The notes under the pieces: model-generated
Database searches by the model: none
The model's input: only the letters and a program-made list of their open reading frames with translations
What the model was told of the DNA's origin: nothing
Program-made: the position numbers and the translations under genes
Origin: an uncultured Verrucomicrobiae bacterium
GTDB lineage: Bacteria > Verrucomicrobiota > Verrucomicrobiia > Chthoniobacterales > Chthoniobacteraceae
Assembly: GCA_963769025.1 (NCBI GenBank)
Contig: CAVYKI010000003.1
Location: 224,001-288,000, forward strand
DNA: 64,000 bases
Direction of reading: 5' to 3'
Shown: in pieces, positions 33,248 to 46,836 of the stretch
Numbering within the stretch: the first letter of the stretch is position 1
Layout of the letters: the number at the start of each line of letters is the position of its first letter

Positions 33248-34054
33248 ATGTTTCACGTCACCATCCTCGGCAGCGGCAGCGCGGGAAATTGCGCGCTCGT
33301 CGAGTCGGCGACGGCCCGCGTGCTGCTCGACGGCGGGCTGAGCGCAAAGCAGATGCGCGAGCGGCTCGCGCTGTGCGGCGTGAACCCGATCGAGATCGAC
33401 GCCATCCTGCTCACGCACGAGCACAGCGACCACGCGGGCGGGGTCGAGGTGTGGTGCCGGCAATTTGGCACGCCGGTGTACGCGAACGGCCTCACCGCCG
33501 AGGCGCTGCGCCGGGCGTCCGGCGAATCGAAGACCGACTGGCGCGTGTTCACGACCGGCGGGGATTTTCAAATCAAGGACATCACGGTGCAGACCTTCAG
33601 CGTGCCGCACGATGCGATGGACCCGGTCGGATTCATGATGCACCACGGCGGGGAATCGCTCGGCTTCCTCACCGACCTCGGCTTTGCCACGAAGCTCGCG
33701 TGCGAACGCGTGAAGGCGGCGCACACGCTGTTCATCGAGGCGAATCACGACGAGAAACTGCTCCAGCTCGACACGCGCCGGCCGTGGGCGACCAAGCAGC
33801 GCATCATGTCCCGCCACGGCCATCTCTCGAATGCCGCCGCCGCCACGGTGCTCGCCGAAATGCTCGGCACCAATCTCCGGCGCGCCGTGCTCGGGCACCT
33901 GAGCCGCGACTGCAATTCGCCGGACCTCGCGGCGCAGGCCGTGAGGGATCGTATCGCTGCGGCGGGTGCGGCGCCGGAGAGTGTGGAGGTCTTTGTCGCC
34001 ACGCAGCGCGAGGTCAGCCCGCGCTTCGCGGTCGGCGGCGCTGCGGTCGCGTAG
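33248..34054 (+). CDS. MBL-fold metallohydrolase (YycJ/WalJ-like)
   Basis: LGSGSAGN, THEHSDH, PHDAMDP, TDLG, EANHD, GHLSN, HLSRDCN. Confidence 0.9.
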   Translation: MFHVTILGSGSAGNCALVESATARVLLDGGLSAKQMRERLALCGVNPIEIDAILLTHEHSDHAGGVEVWCRQFGTPVYANGLTAEALRRASGESKTDWRVFTTGGDFQIKDITVQTFSVPHDAMDPVGFMMHHGGESLGFLTDLGFATKLACERVKAAHTLFIEANHDEKLLQLDTRRPWATKQRIMSRHGHLSNAAAATVLAEMLGTNLRRAVLGHLSRDCNSPDLAAQAVRDRIAAAGAAPESVEVFVATQREVSPRFAVGGAAVA

Positions 34055-34174
34055 TGCTGCGTGGCGGCCGGGCTTCCCTTCGTCCTGAATCACCATTCGC
34101 CGGAAAGGGAATCGCCACGGCGCATGCGTTGCGGAAAGGCCTCCGGCGGCGTATCCTAAGCGGCAGGATAACCC

Positions 34175-36250
34175 ATGAACCCGACCCCTCGAAAATTCAT
34201 CCGCTTTCTCGCCGATGAATTTCACAGCGAGAGCTGGTCGCTTTCGGCGAAACGCGCCGAGGAATTTGCGCCGGACGATCCGCTGAGTTCCTCCTACTCG
34301 CGTGCCGCCGAGGCGCTCGCCGCGCGGGACTTCACCGTGCAGCGAAACCGCGACACGCCCCTCACGCCGGAGCTCCTGGCGGAGGCGGACGTGCTCGCGC
34401 TGCTGCATCCCTGCGACCAGCGGTGGGAGCGCACGACCTCGTCCGCATCGCCGGCGCTCGCGCCGGATGAAATCAAGGCCGTGCTCGCATGGGTGCGCGC
34501 AGGCGGCGGGCTGCTCGTGGTGACCGAGTACGAGCACGACAAGTACGGCGACAATCTCAATGACCTCCTCGCGCCGGCCGGGCTGCGCATCGAGAACACG
34601 CGCGTCTTCGACCGCAGCGCGTGCGTCCCTGGGAATCCCGAGTGGATTTTTGGCGAAGCCGCGTCCGCCACTCCGCTCGCGCACCTCGCGACGCGCGCGT
34701 GTTTTTTTCGCGCCGGGTCCTGCACGATGACCGGCGACGGCGCGCGCGTGGCGTGGCGTGCGTCTGCGAACGCGCACCCGCCGGGTGCCTGTGTGATCGC
34801 GTGCGCGGAACTCGGCAGCGGGCGCATTGTGGTCGTCACGGACTCGCTGCTTTTTGGCGACGAACACGTCGGCGAGCACGACCACCTGCAGCTCTGGCTG
34901 AACATCGTCCATTGGCTCGCGGCACCGTCCTACGATCGCGCCGGCGAAACCGAGGCGCTGCGGCAACAAAGCGTCTCGCCGACCGTGACGTCGCCGTCGT
35001 GGACGCGGTTGAAGGGGATCATCAATACGCTGCGCGCAATTCAGGACAAGGACGGGAGCGTGGGCCTAGCGAACCACGACGGGGCGACCAAGCTCGTCGA
35101 GGCGGCGACCGGTGAAATCGCCGCGCTGGCCCGCCACTTTCCGCATCAGGCGGATTACTTCGCACGGCTGCCGGAGGATCTCGCGGCATGGCAGCGCGAC
35201 GGCTTTGGCCGACCGGATTTTGCCGCATCACTGGCTGCCTTCCGGCCGGAACTGAACCGCCGCGACGGCATCGAGCATCTCGTCGTCTTCCCGATGTACA
35301 CGCCGAATGCGTCGGCGGACATCCGCTTCGAGGCGCTGATCATCCGCACGCAATGGCCCGACTGGCTCGCGGCGCTCGAGGGCGGGCCTTATCCGGATTC
35401 GAAATTCGTCCCGCTCGGACTCGTGGACTTCACGGACGGATACGCGAGCGAATGCGCGGTGCTTTTCCCGGAAACGGTCTCCGTCGCGGGCCGCGCGACG
35501 AATCACTTCGGCGGCATTTTCTGCGACCGCGAGGCCCGCCGGCTGCAGTCCACCGCGGTGCGCGCTGCTTCCGAAATGGGCATGCGGCTTTTCCCGGAAC
35601 TGGAGTGCCTGCTTGCGTGCCGTCCGCTGCTCGAGTCGGTCTGCGCGCTCTGGGATCTCATCCACGACCAGTCGCACTCGCTCGGCGAACTCCCGTTCGA
35701 CCCGTTCATGATCCGCCAGCGCGCGCCATTCTGGATGTATGCCATCGAGGAGCTCCGCGTGGATGTGCGGGCGTTCGGCGAGGCGCACCGGCTCGCGCGC
35801 GAGGGGTTCCCATTCGCGCGCTACGTCTGCTGGGCCATCGTGCTCGACCGCATCCTGCGCTTCCCGATCACCGGGACCCGCGTGCGGAATTACGACGCGC
35901 TCGGCGGGCAGATCCTTTTCGGCGCGCTCCATCAAAGTGACGCCGTGGTGTGCCGCGACAACCATTTGGAAATCCGCTGGGAAGCCCTGCCCGATGCGGT
36001 GCGCTCGCTCGAAGCGGAACTCCACGCGCTTTACAAAACCGGCGCGGAGTGCTCGCGCGTCGCCCTGTGGATGGCCGCGCACGAACTCGTGAGCCGCCAC
36101 GTCCACCCGAACATCGGCTCCCGCTGGAAATCCGATGCCCTCCCCGACGAGGGCGACCCGAAGGCGTGGCTCGCGCTGGTCCACGAGGACGAGTTCCCGC
36201 TCGGGAATTTCCACCTGCTGCTGGGGAAAAGGTTGAGAGTCGAGGGTTGA
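34175..36250 (+). CDS. GATase-like N-terminal domain fused to a DUF6421-like domain
   Basis: N-terminal DEFHSE...WVRAGGGLLV...GRIVVVTDSLLF; C-terminal HLVVFPMYT, AVLFPET, GGIFCDREA, WDLIHDQSH, LPFDPFMI, EELRVD, RVRNYD (family recalled, not searched). Confidence 0.75.
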   Translation: MNPTPRKFIRFLADEFHSESWSLSAKRAEEFAPDDPLSSSYSRAAEALAARDFTVQRNRDTPLTPELLAEADVLALLHPCDQRWERTTSSASPALAPDEIKAVLAWVRAGGGLLVVTEYEHDKYGDNLNDLLAPAGLRIENTRVFDRSACVPGNPEWIFGEAASATPLAHLATRACFFRAGSCTMTGDGARVAWRASANAHPPGACVIACAELGSGRIVVVTDSLLFGDEHVGEHDHLQLWLNIVHWLAAPSYDRAGETEALRQQSVSPTVTSPSWTRLKGIINTLRAIQDKDGSVGLANHDGATKLVEAATGEIAALARHFPHQADYFARLPEDLAAWQRDGFGRPDFAASLAAFRPELNRRDGIEHLVVFPMYTPNASADIRFEALIIRTQWPDWLAALEGGPYPDSKFVPLGLVDFTDGYASECAVLFPETVSVAGRATNHFGGIFCDREARRLQSTAVRAASEMGMRLFPELECLLACRPLLESVCALWDLIHDQSHSLGELPFDPFMIRQRAPFWMYAIEELRVDVRAFGEAHRLAREGFPFARYVCWAIVLDRILRFPITGTRVRNYDALGGQILFGALHQSDAVVCRDNHLEIRWEALPDAVRSLEAELHALYKTGAECSRVALWMAAHELVSRHVHPNIGSRWKSDALPDEGDPKAWLALVHEDEFPLGNFHLLLGKRLRVEG

Positions 36251-36328
36251 AGGTTGAGAGGAGCAGGGATGCCACGGGCGCGACAACCAACGCCTAGGCT
36301 CTGCCTCTCAACCTTCAACTCTCAACTC
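36231..36328. repeat. Inverted repeat with heptamer (GTTGAGA-like) arms
   Basis: 36237-36261 and 36304-36328 are complementary at 23/25 positions; the upstream gene's stop codon lies in the left arm. Confidence 0.8.
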
Positions 36329-36381
36329 GCGCCGCTTTCCCCTTCCCTTGCGGAAATGCTTTCGCTTTCCTTCACGGCCCG

Positions 36382-37128
<747 letters not shown>

Positions 37129-37146
37129 CTCAAACACCCACGACTT

Positions 37147-37709
37147 ATGGACCCCGACGAAATCCTGCTGAACACCGAGGAAGGCGATGGAAAAGGCGTC
37201 CGAATACATGTCGCACGAATTCGCCTCCGTCCGCACCGGCAAGGCCTCGCCCGCGCTCGTGGAGAACATCGATGTCGAGGCCTACGGCTCGATGATGAAG
37301 CTCAAGCAGCTCGCGCTCATTTCCACGCCGGAGCCGCGCATGCTCGTCATCAGCCCGTTCGACGCCGCGACGACGCAGGACGATCGAAAAGGCGATCAAG
37401 GAATCCAAGCTCGGCATCAAGCCGATCGTCGATGGCAAGATCATCCGCCTGCCGATTCCCGCGCTCAGCGAGGAGCGCCGCCGCGACCTCGTGAAGACGG
37501 TGAAGCAGATCGCCGAGGAGACGCGCGTGCGCATCCGCTCGGCGCGCCGCGAAGGGATGGATCAACTCAAGAAAGCGCAGAAGGAAGGCGTCATCACCGA
37601 GGACGATCTCAAGCACTCCGAGAAGGAGGTGCAGAAGCTCACCGACGACTACGTGAAGAGAGTGGACGACGCCTTCGCACTGAAGGAAGCGGACATCATG
37701 AAAGTCTGA
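37147..37709 (+). CDS. frr: Ribosome recycling factor; frameshifts near 37183 and 37380
   Basis: [13 protein letters not shown]...[19 protein letters not shown]; follows pyrH. Confidence 0.93.
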
Positions 37710-37711
37710 CG

Positions 37712-38230
37712 ATGAGCATCCGACGAATCGTGCTTCCGTGCATCGCCGCGCTGGCGCTGCTCGCCACGCCGTCCCCGACCGTGCATGCAGCCGTCGTGCG
37801 CCCCGCACCGGCGTTCACGTTCGGCGGTGCAGGCGGGAAGAACTCGCTCGGCAGCCTGCGCGGGCAGCCGGTCGTGCTGGTCATCGCACAGGCCGGCAAA
37901 ACGAAGACTCTGCGCACGCAGCTCAAAAGCCTGAAGGCGGTCTATCACGACACGGCGAGCCGCGGCGCGGTCTTCATCGCGGCGATTGCCGATGGCAGCC
38001 CAGTGCCGAGCGACATCCCTTTCGCCCTCGCCAACAACGCCGCGGCAGTCGCGTCCGCGTACGGGATGCGCGGCGATTTCCTCATCGCAGTCATCGGGCG
38101 CGACGGGAACCTCGACCTCGTCACCGACCAGCCAATCCCCGGGATGCGCGTGCTCGAAGTCATCAGGAACAACTTCGACGTCCAGGACAAGGCGCGCCGC
38201 GAACTGCCCAAGGGACCGCCGGCACGCTGA
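37712..38230 (+). CDS. Secreted redoxin-like hypothetical protein
   Basis: Signal peptide; APAFT...[13 protein letters not shown]...VIGRDG thioredoxin-like pattern without catalytic Cys. Confidence 0.6.
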   Translation: MSIRRIVLPCIAALALLATPSPTVHAAVVRPAPAFTFGGAGGKNSLGSLRGQPVVLVIAQAGKTKTLRTQLKSLKAVYHDTASRGAVFIAAIADGSPVPSDIPFALANNAAAVASAYGMRGDFLIAVIGRDGNLDLVTDQPIPGMRVLEVIRNNFDVQDKARRELPKGPPAR

Positions 38231-38236
38231 CCGGCG

Positions 38237-38665
38237 ATGCGCATCGCGGTCATCGCCGACACCCACGACCGGCTGCCGGAGAGCGTGTGCGGCGTCCTTC
38301 GCCACGCGGATGAAATCTGGCATCTCGGCGACGTGTGCTCGCCGGCGATTCTCGTCACGCTGGGACGCATCGCCCCGCTGCGCGTCGTGCGCGGCAACTG
38401 CGATTCCGAGACGGACTGGCCGCTGACGCTCGACTTCAAGCTCGCCAGCCTGCGCTTCCATCTCGAACACATCCCCTCGCGGAAGCCGCCGAAGTGCGAT
38501 TTTTTCCTCCACGGCCACACGCACGTGCCGCGCGATGAAACGGTGGGCGGCGTCCGCTTCCTGAATCCCGGCTGCATCACGCGCCCGAATCGCGGCGCGC
38601 CCGCGAGCCACGCGTGGCTCACGCTCGGCGACGGCGAGCCGATGTGGAAAATCGTGCCTGTCTAG
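38237..38665 (+). CDS. YfcE-like metallophosphoesterase
   Basis: IADTH, HLGD, VRGNCD, HGHTHVP, LNPG. Confidence 0.9.
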   Translation: MRIAVIADTHDRLPESVCGVLRHADEIWHLGDVCSPAILVTLGRIAPLRVVRGNCDSETDWPLTLDFKLASLRFHLEHIPSRKPPKCDFFLHGHTHVPRDETVGGVRFLNPGCITRPNRGAPASHAWLTLGDGEPMWKIVPV

Positions 38666-38991
38666 GCTCGGCGATCCGTCTGCGCGGCGACCCACGCGAG
38701 GTAGTCCGGCCAGCCGTCGCTCACCGGCAACTGCAGGATCTCCGGCACCTCGTACGGATGCAGCGCACGCAACCGCGCCTGCGCAGCGGGCGCTGAACCG
38801 ACGGTCGTCTTGCACATGACCATGGCCTCCGCCGCCGTCTCCAGCTTGCCCTTCCATTCGTAGATGGACTCGACGCCGGGGACGATGTTGCCGCAGGCGA
38901 TGAGCCGTTCCTCGACGAGCGTGCGCACCGCATTCCGAGCCGCCGCGACATCGGGGAAGTTGCTGAGAAGGATGACGACTTCGCAGCTCAT
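38662..38991 (-). CDS. cutA: Divalent cation tolerance protein CutA
   Basis: LVEERLIACGNI...SIYEWKG...HPYEVPEI. Confidence 0.92.
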   Translation of the reverse strand: MSCEVVILLSNFPDVAAARNAVRTLVEERLIACGNIVPGVESIYEWKGKLETAAEAMVMCKTTVGSAPAAQARLRALHPYEVPEILQLPVSDGWPDYLAWVAAQTDRRA

Positions 38992-38992
38992 G

Positions 38993-41252
<2,260 letters not shown>

Positions 41253-41254
<2 letters not shown>

Positions 41255-41366
41255 GAAGGATGAAGGGTGAAGGCTAAAGGATGAAGAAAGGCGGGCGAAG
41301 CGACATGGTGAAGAGCGAAGGAGAAGTGCGCCTGCTTCATCCTTCATCCCTCATCCTTCTACCTTT
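41253..41366. repeat. Inverted repeat with heptamer (ATGAAGG/CCTTCAT) arms filling the clpX-gmd gap
   Basis: ATGAAGGATGAAGGGTGAAGGCTAAAGGATGAAG (41253-41286) faces CTTCATCCTTCATCCCTCATCCTTC (from 41335). Confidence 0.75.
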
Positions 41367-41370
41367 GCCA

Positions 41371-42663
<1,293 letters not shown>

Positions 42664-42697
42664 TATCGGCGGCTATAAAGCGGGAAGTGTTCCCAAA

Positions 42698-43396
42698 TCA
42701 GTCGTTTTTACTCTTTGTCAATTCAGCGAAGTTCGGAACCTGCTTCCGGGAGTTCACCACCTCGTCCACAAGGCCGTATTCCTTCGCCTCCCCAGCGCTC
42801 ATGTAGTAGTCGCGATCGGAGTCGTCGTGGACCTTCTTTTCGTCCTGCCCGGTGTGGTGCGCGAGGATTTTGATCAGCCGCTTCTTCAGCTTGAACATGT
42901 ATTCCACGGTGCGCTCGACGTCGCTCGCCTGTCCCTGCGCGCCGCCGCTCACCTGGTGAATCATGATGTCGCTGTTCGGCAGCGCGTAGCGTTTGCCCTT
43001 CGTCCCGGCGGAGAGCAGAACTGCGCCCATCGAGGCCGCCATGCCGATGCAGTAGGTGTTCACGTCGGGCGTGATGAACTGCATCGTGTCGTAAATCGCG
43101 AGACCCGCCGTCACGCTGCCACCGGGGCTGTTGATGTACACGTGCACGTCCTTCTTCGAGTCATCCATCTGGAGGAAGAGAAGCTGGGCGATGACGATGT
43201 TCGAAATCCAGTCATCGATCGCCGTGCCGATGAAGACGATGCGATCCCGCAGGAGGCGGTCGAAGACATTGTGGCCGCGCTCGCCGCGCGCGTCGGTCTC
43301 ATAGACGCCCGGGACGATTGGCCAGTTGCCCTGGGGTGATTGGAAGCGATTGTTGGGTTGGATGATCATTTCGTTGTTTTCCTTGCGAGCCGTCAC
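42698..43396 (-). CDS. clpP: Clp protease proteolytic subunit
   Basis: YINSPGGSVTAG, AASMGA, MIHQ, DRDYYMSA. Start uncertain. Confidence 0.95.
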   Translation of the reverse strand: MTARKENNEMIIQPNNRFQSPQGNWPIVPGVYETDARGERGHNVFDRLLRDRIVFIGTAIDDWISNIVIAQLLFLQMDDSKKDVHVYINSPGGSVTAGLAIYDTMQFITPDVNTYCIGMAASMGAVLLSAGTKGKRYALPNSDIMIHQVSGGAQGQASDVERTVEYMFKLKKRLIKILAHHTGQDEKKVHDDSDRDYYMSAGEAKEYGLVDEVVNSRKQVPNFAELTKSKND

Positions 43397-44751
43397 TCCT
43401 TCGCCGGTTCCGCCGCGGGAGCCGGTGAATCAGGCGAACCCGCTTCGGAGGAGACGCTAGCCTGCGAGGCCACGAAATCAAGAGCCTTGGCGGTGATGAG
43501 CTCCTCGCGGACCTGATCCAGCACGCCGCGCTTCTGGAGTTCCTTCAGCATTTTTTCGAAGGTCATCTGCGAACGCTGCGCGAGCTGGGCGATGCGCCGG
43601 CGCATGTCCATCTCCGTCACGCTGATGTTTTCCTTCTCCGCGATGCGGAGCAAAATGAACGTGCCCTTGATGCGGTCGCGCGCGCTCTGTGCCGCGCTGC
43701 CGACGAGGTCCTTCTCGTGTTCCCGCAGGATTTCGTCGGCCACGCCGCGCTCCTGGTTTTCCTTCACGATTTCGTCGAGGATGCTCTGCGTCTGCTGCCG
43801 GACGAGGTTGGTGGGCAGCTCGCATTCGACCTTGGAGGTCAGGTGGGTCATCACGCTCGTGCGCTTCGAGGCATCGGCCTGGCGCTGCTTCTGGCGCTGG
43901 AGTTCCTCGCGCGCCATCACGCGCAGCTCCGCGAGCGTCTTGCCTTTCGCAATCGTCTCCGCAAACGCGTCATTCACCTCGGGCAGCTTGCGCTCCTTCA
44001 CTTCCTTCAGCGTCACCTTGTAGTGGACCTTGCTGCCGGGCATTCCCTCGACCGGGAAATCCGCAGGCACGTCCACGTCGAACTCCCGCGTCTCACCGAT
44101 GTTCGCACCGACGAGGTTTGCGCAGTAGCCGGGGAAGAACGCCTCCTCCGTCATCTTGATCCAGAAATCCTTGTTGTGCGAAAGCGGCTTGCCCGCCTTC
44201 GGGAATTTCACATGCACGGGCTCGCCGTCGATGGTGCCGTCGTAGTCCACCACGACGTAATCTTCCATCGCCGCGGGCCGGGCCGGAGTCACATCCGGGA
44301 AATCCGCCTGCTGCTCGCGCAGCCCTTCGATGGACTCGTCCACCTCCTTGTCCGTCACCTCGATGCTCGGGACCGACACCGGGATGCCCTTGTAGTCCGG
44401 AACGTCAAACTCCGGCTGCAACACGAGCGTCGCGCGGAACTTCAGCGACTTGTCGTCGCCCCACTCCACGTCCTCGATTTCCGAGAGCGAGAGCACGCGC
44501 AGGTTGCGCTCCTTGATGGCATCGCGGCACGCATCGCTGAGCACCTGCCGCGTCACTTCCTCGCGGATTTCCTTGGTGAATTTCTTCTCCACGACCGACC
44601 GCGGAGCCTTGCCGGGCCGGAAACCGGGGAGCCGCGCCTGCTTCGTGTACTGGCTCGTGATCTCGCCCATCTTTTTCTGCACGTCCGGCGGTTCCACCTC
44701 GATTTTGAGGTTCGCGAGACAGTTCGGTAGTGGTTCAAATGCGACGTTCAT
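43393..44751 (-). CDS. tig: Trigger factor
   Basis: LPGFRPGKAP motif, FKBP-like core, tig-clpP-clpX order. Confidence 0.95.
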   Translation of the reverse strand: MNVAFEPLPNCLANLKIEVEPPDVQKKMGEITSQYTKQARLPGFRPGKAPRSVVEKKFTKEIREEVTRQVLSDACRDAIKERNLRVLSLSEIEDVEWGDDKSLKFRATLVLQPEFDVPDYKGIPVSVPSIEVTDKEVDESIEGLREQQADFPDVTPARPAAMEDYVVVDYDGTIDGEPVHVKFPKAGKPLSHNKDFWIKMTEEAFFPGYCANLVGANIGETREFDVDVPADFPVEGMPGSKVHYKVTLKEVKERKLPEVNDAFAETIAKGKTLAELRVMAREELQRQKQRQADASKRTSVMTHLTSKVECELPTNLVRQQTQSILDEIVKENQERGVADEILREHEKDLVGSAAQSARDRIKGTFILLRIAEKENISVTEMDMRRRIAQLAQRSQMTFEKMLKELQKRGVLDQVREELITAKALDFVASQASVSSEAGSPDSPAPAAEPAKE

Positions 44752-45027
44752 GATGGTTTTCGGGCGAATTAAAGGGGCGCGAAAATAGCGGTCTTCGCGC
44801 GCTTGCCAAGCGGGGACTTTGCCTAAAACGAGCGTCCTCGCGCGAAGTGCCGCAAGCGGCCACCTCTGAGAAAACCTGTTGCATTCCCGCATGGGCTGCG
44901 CTTTTCTCCGCGGCTCTTGTAAGCGCACCCATAAATAGCGCTGTTGGTCCTCGGGCCCCGGTCGTCAGATCGCGGGTCGCATGCGCCGAGGGAAACCCAG
45001 CGACAGTAAATAAAGGAAACAAACACC

Positions 45028-46050
45028 ATGGCCGTACGTCTTGGCCGATTCGAACTACCCAAGCTGCCCGTCAAGGACGAGGCAACCGCAACACCCAACT
45101 ACGCCAAATTTGTGGCCGAGCCCTTCGAGGCCGGCTACGGCGTCACCATCGGCAACGCGCTCCGTCGCGTGCTGCTCAGCTCCGTCGAAGGCGGCGCGAT
45201 CACCAACGTCAAAATCACCGGCGCGAACCACGAGTTCCAGACGCTCCCGGGCGTCGTCGAGGACGTGACCGACATCATCCTCAATCTCAAGCAGGTGAAG
45301 TTCAAGTGCGCCGACCACGAGCCGCGCACGCTTTCCATCTCCGTGAACAAGGAAGGCAACGTCACCGCCGGCGACATCGAGGAAGTCACGGGCGTGGAAG
45401 TCGTGAACCGCAAGCAGATCATCTGCACGCTCGACAAGAAGACGAAGTTCGAGGCCGAACTCACCGTCCGCGTGGGCCGCGGTTTCGCGACCGGCGACGA
45501 AAACAAGTATCCCGACATGCCGATCGGCGTGATTCCGATGGACTCGATTTTCTCGCCCGTCACCCGCGTGAAGTACGCCGTCGAGGCGACGCGCGTCGGC
45601 CAGCGCACTGACTATGACAAGCTCATCGTCGAGATCTGGACCGATGGCCGCATCGATCCCGAGGAGGCGCTGAAGCAGGCCTCGAGCATCCTCCGCAAGC
45701 ACATCGAGCCCTTCTACAACTACGACGAGGCCCTCGTGCAGTTCGACGAGACGGCGCCCGCGCAGAACCAGGAAAACCAGAAGATGAAGAAGCTTCTGAA
45801 CATGTCCGTGAACGAGATCGAACTCTCCGTCCGCGCGGCAAACTGCCTGAACAACGCGAACATCACCACCGTCGGCCAGCTCGCGCAGAAGTCCGAGCAG
45901 GAGATGCTGAAGTACCGCAACTTCGGCAAGAAGTCGCTCAACGAAATCAAGGAAAAGCTCACCGGACTCGGCCTCTCACTCGGCATGAAGTTCGAGAGCG
46001 GGCTCGTCGAGCCGAACACCGCCGAAGCGCGGCCTGCCACCGAAGGCTAA
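45028..46050 (+). CDS. rpoA: RNA polymerase alpha subunit
   Basis: EPFEAGYGVTIGNALRRVLLSS, RVGQRTDYDKL, ELSVRAANCL, NFGKKSL. Confidence 0.97.
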   Translation: MAVRLGRFELPKLPVKDEATATPNYAKFVAEPFEAGYGVTIGNALRRVLLSSVEGGAITNVKITGANHEFQTLPGVVEDVTDIILNLKQVKFKCADHEPRTLSISVNKEGNVTAGDIEEVTGVEVVNRKQIICTLDKKTKFEAELTVRVGRGFATGDENKYPDMPIGVIPMDSIFSPVTRVKYAVEATRVGQRTDYDKLIVEIWTDGRIDPEEALKQASSILRKHIEPFYNYDEALVQFDETAPAQNQENQKMKKLLNMSVNEIELSVRAANCLNNANITTVGQLAQKSEQEMLKYRNFGKKSLNEIKEKLTGLGLSLGMKFESGLVEPNTAEARPATEG

Positions 46051-46074
46051 ACCAGGAATCGGGAACCAACTGAA

Positions 46075-46593
46075 ATGCGTCACCAACGAAAAACCGTAAA
46101 ACTCGGCCGCACCCAGGGGCACCGCAACGCGCTGCTCTCGAACCTGGCCGTGAGCCTCATCGACCACGGGAAAATCAAGACGACCGTCGCAAAGGCGAAA
46201 GCCGTGCGTCCATTCGTCGAGAAGCTCGTCACCAAGGCGAAGACCGGCACGCTTCACGCGCGCCGCATGGCCCTCGCCGACCTCCGGCACAATGAAATCG
46301 CAGTCCGCAAGCTCTTCACCGAGATCGGCCCGCTCAACGCGGAACGCAAAGGCGGCTACACGCGCATCGTGAAGCTCGGCATGCGCCGCAGCGACGCCGC
46401 CGAAATGGCGATCATCGAGTGGGTGGACATGCCCGCATCCTCGCAACCCGAGGCGAAGGCCGAACCCAAGGCCAAGGCCGCGAAGCCCGCAAAGGCAGCG
46501 AAGGCCGAAGCCGCCGACGCCCCCGCCGGCGAGGCTGAAGCGAAGCCCAAGCGCACGCGCAAAAAGAAGACCGAAGGCGAAGCGGAAGGCTAA
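46075..46593 (+). CDS. rplQ: 50S ribosomal protein L17 with Ala/Lys/Glu-rich tail
   Basis: MRHQRKTVKLGRT..HR, IKTT.AKAK, GGYTRIVKLG.R..D.AEMAIIE. Confidence 0.97.
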   Translation: MRHQRKTVKLGRTQGHRNALLSNLAVSLIDHGKIKTTVAKAKAVRPFVEKLVTKAKTGTLHARRMALADLRHNEIAVRKLFTEIGPLNAERKGGYTRIVKLGMRRSDAAEMAIIEWVDMPASSQPEAKAEPKAKAAKPAKAAKAEAADAPAGEAEAKPKRTRKKKTEGEAEG

Positions 46594-46615
46594 GCCGAAG
46601 TCATCATCAACTCAC

Positions 46616-46650
46616 AAAGGGCGGGTCTGCGAAAGCGGGCCCGCCCTTTT
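46616..46650 (+). terminator. Intrinsic terminator after rplQ
   Basis: AAAGGGCGGGTCTGC-GAAA-GCGGGCCCGCCC-TTTT. Confidence 0.85.
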
Positions 46651-46666
46651 CATGCGGTAGCGGATT

Positions 46667-46792
46667 TTTTGAAACGCAGAGACGCGGAGACGCAGAGGTT
46701 TTCGGAGTTGTTGCGAGCGTCCTGAGGTTTCAATGGGCGCGCAACGTCAGTCCGCTCTCTTCTCTGCGTCTCCGCGTCTCTGCGTTTCAAAA
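46667..46792. repeat. Perfect 31-bp inverted repeat with (GAGACGCA/G) tandem-unit arms
   Basis: TTTTGAAACGCAGAGACGCGGAGACGCAGAG (46667-46697) and its exact reverse complement (46762-46792). Confidence 0.9.
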
Positions 46793-46836
46793 TTGCATCC
46801 TTTGCAACTGCGCCGAGCCGGGTATGCAGGGCGCGA

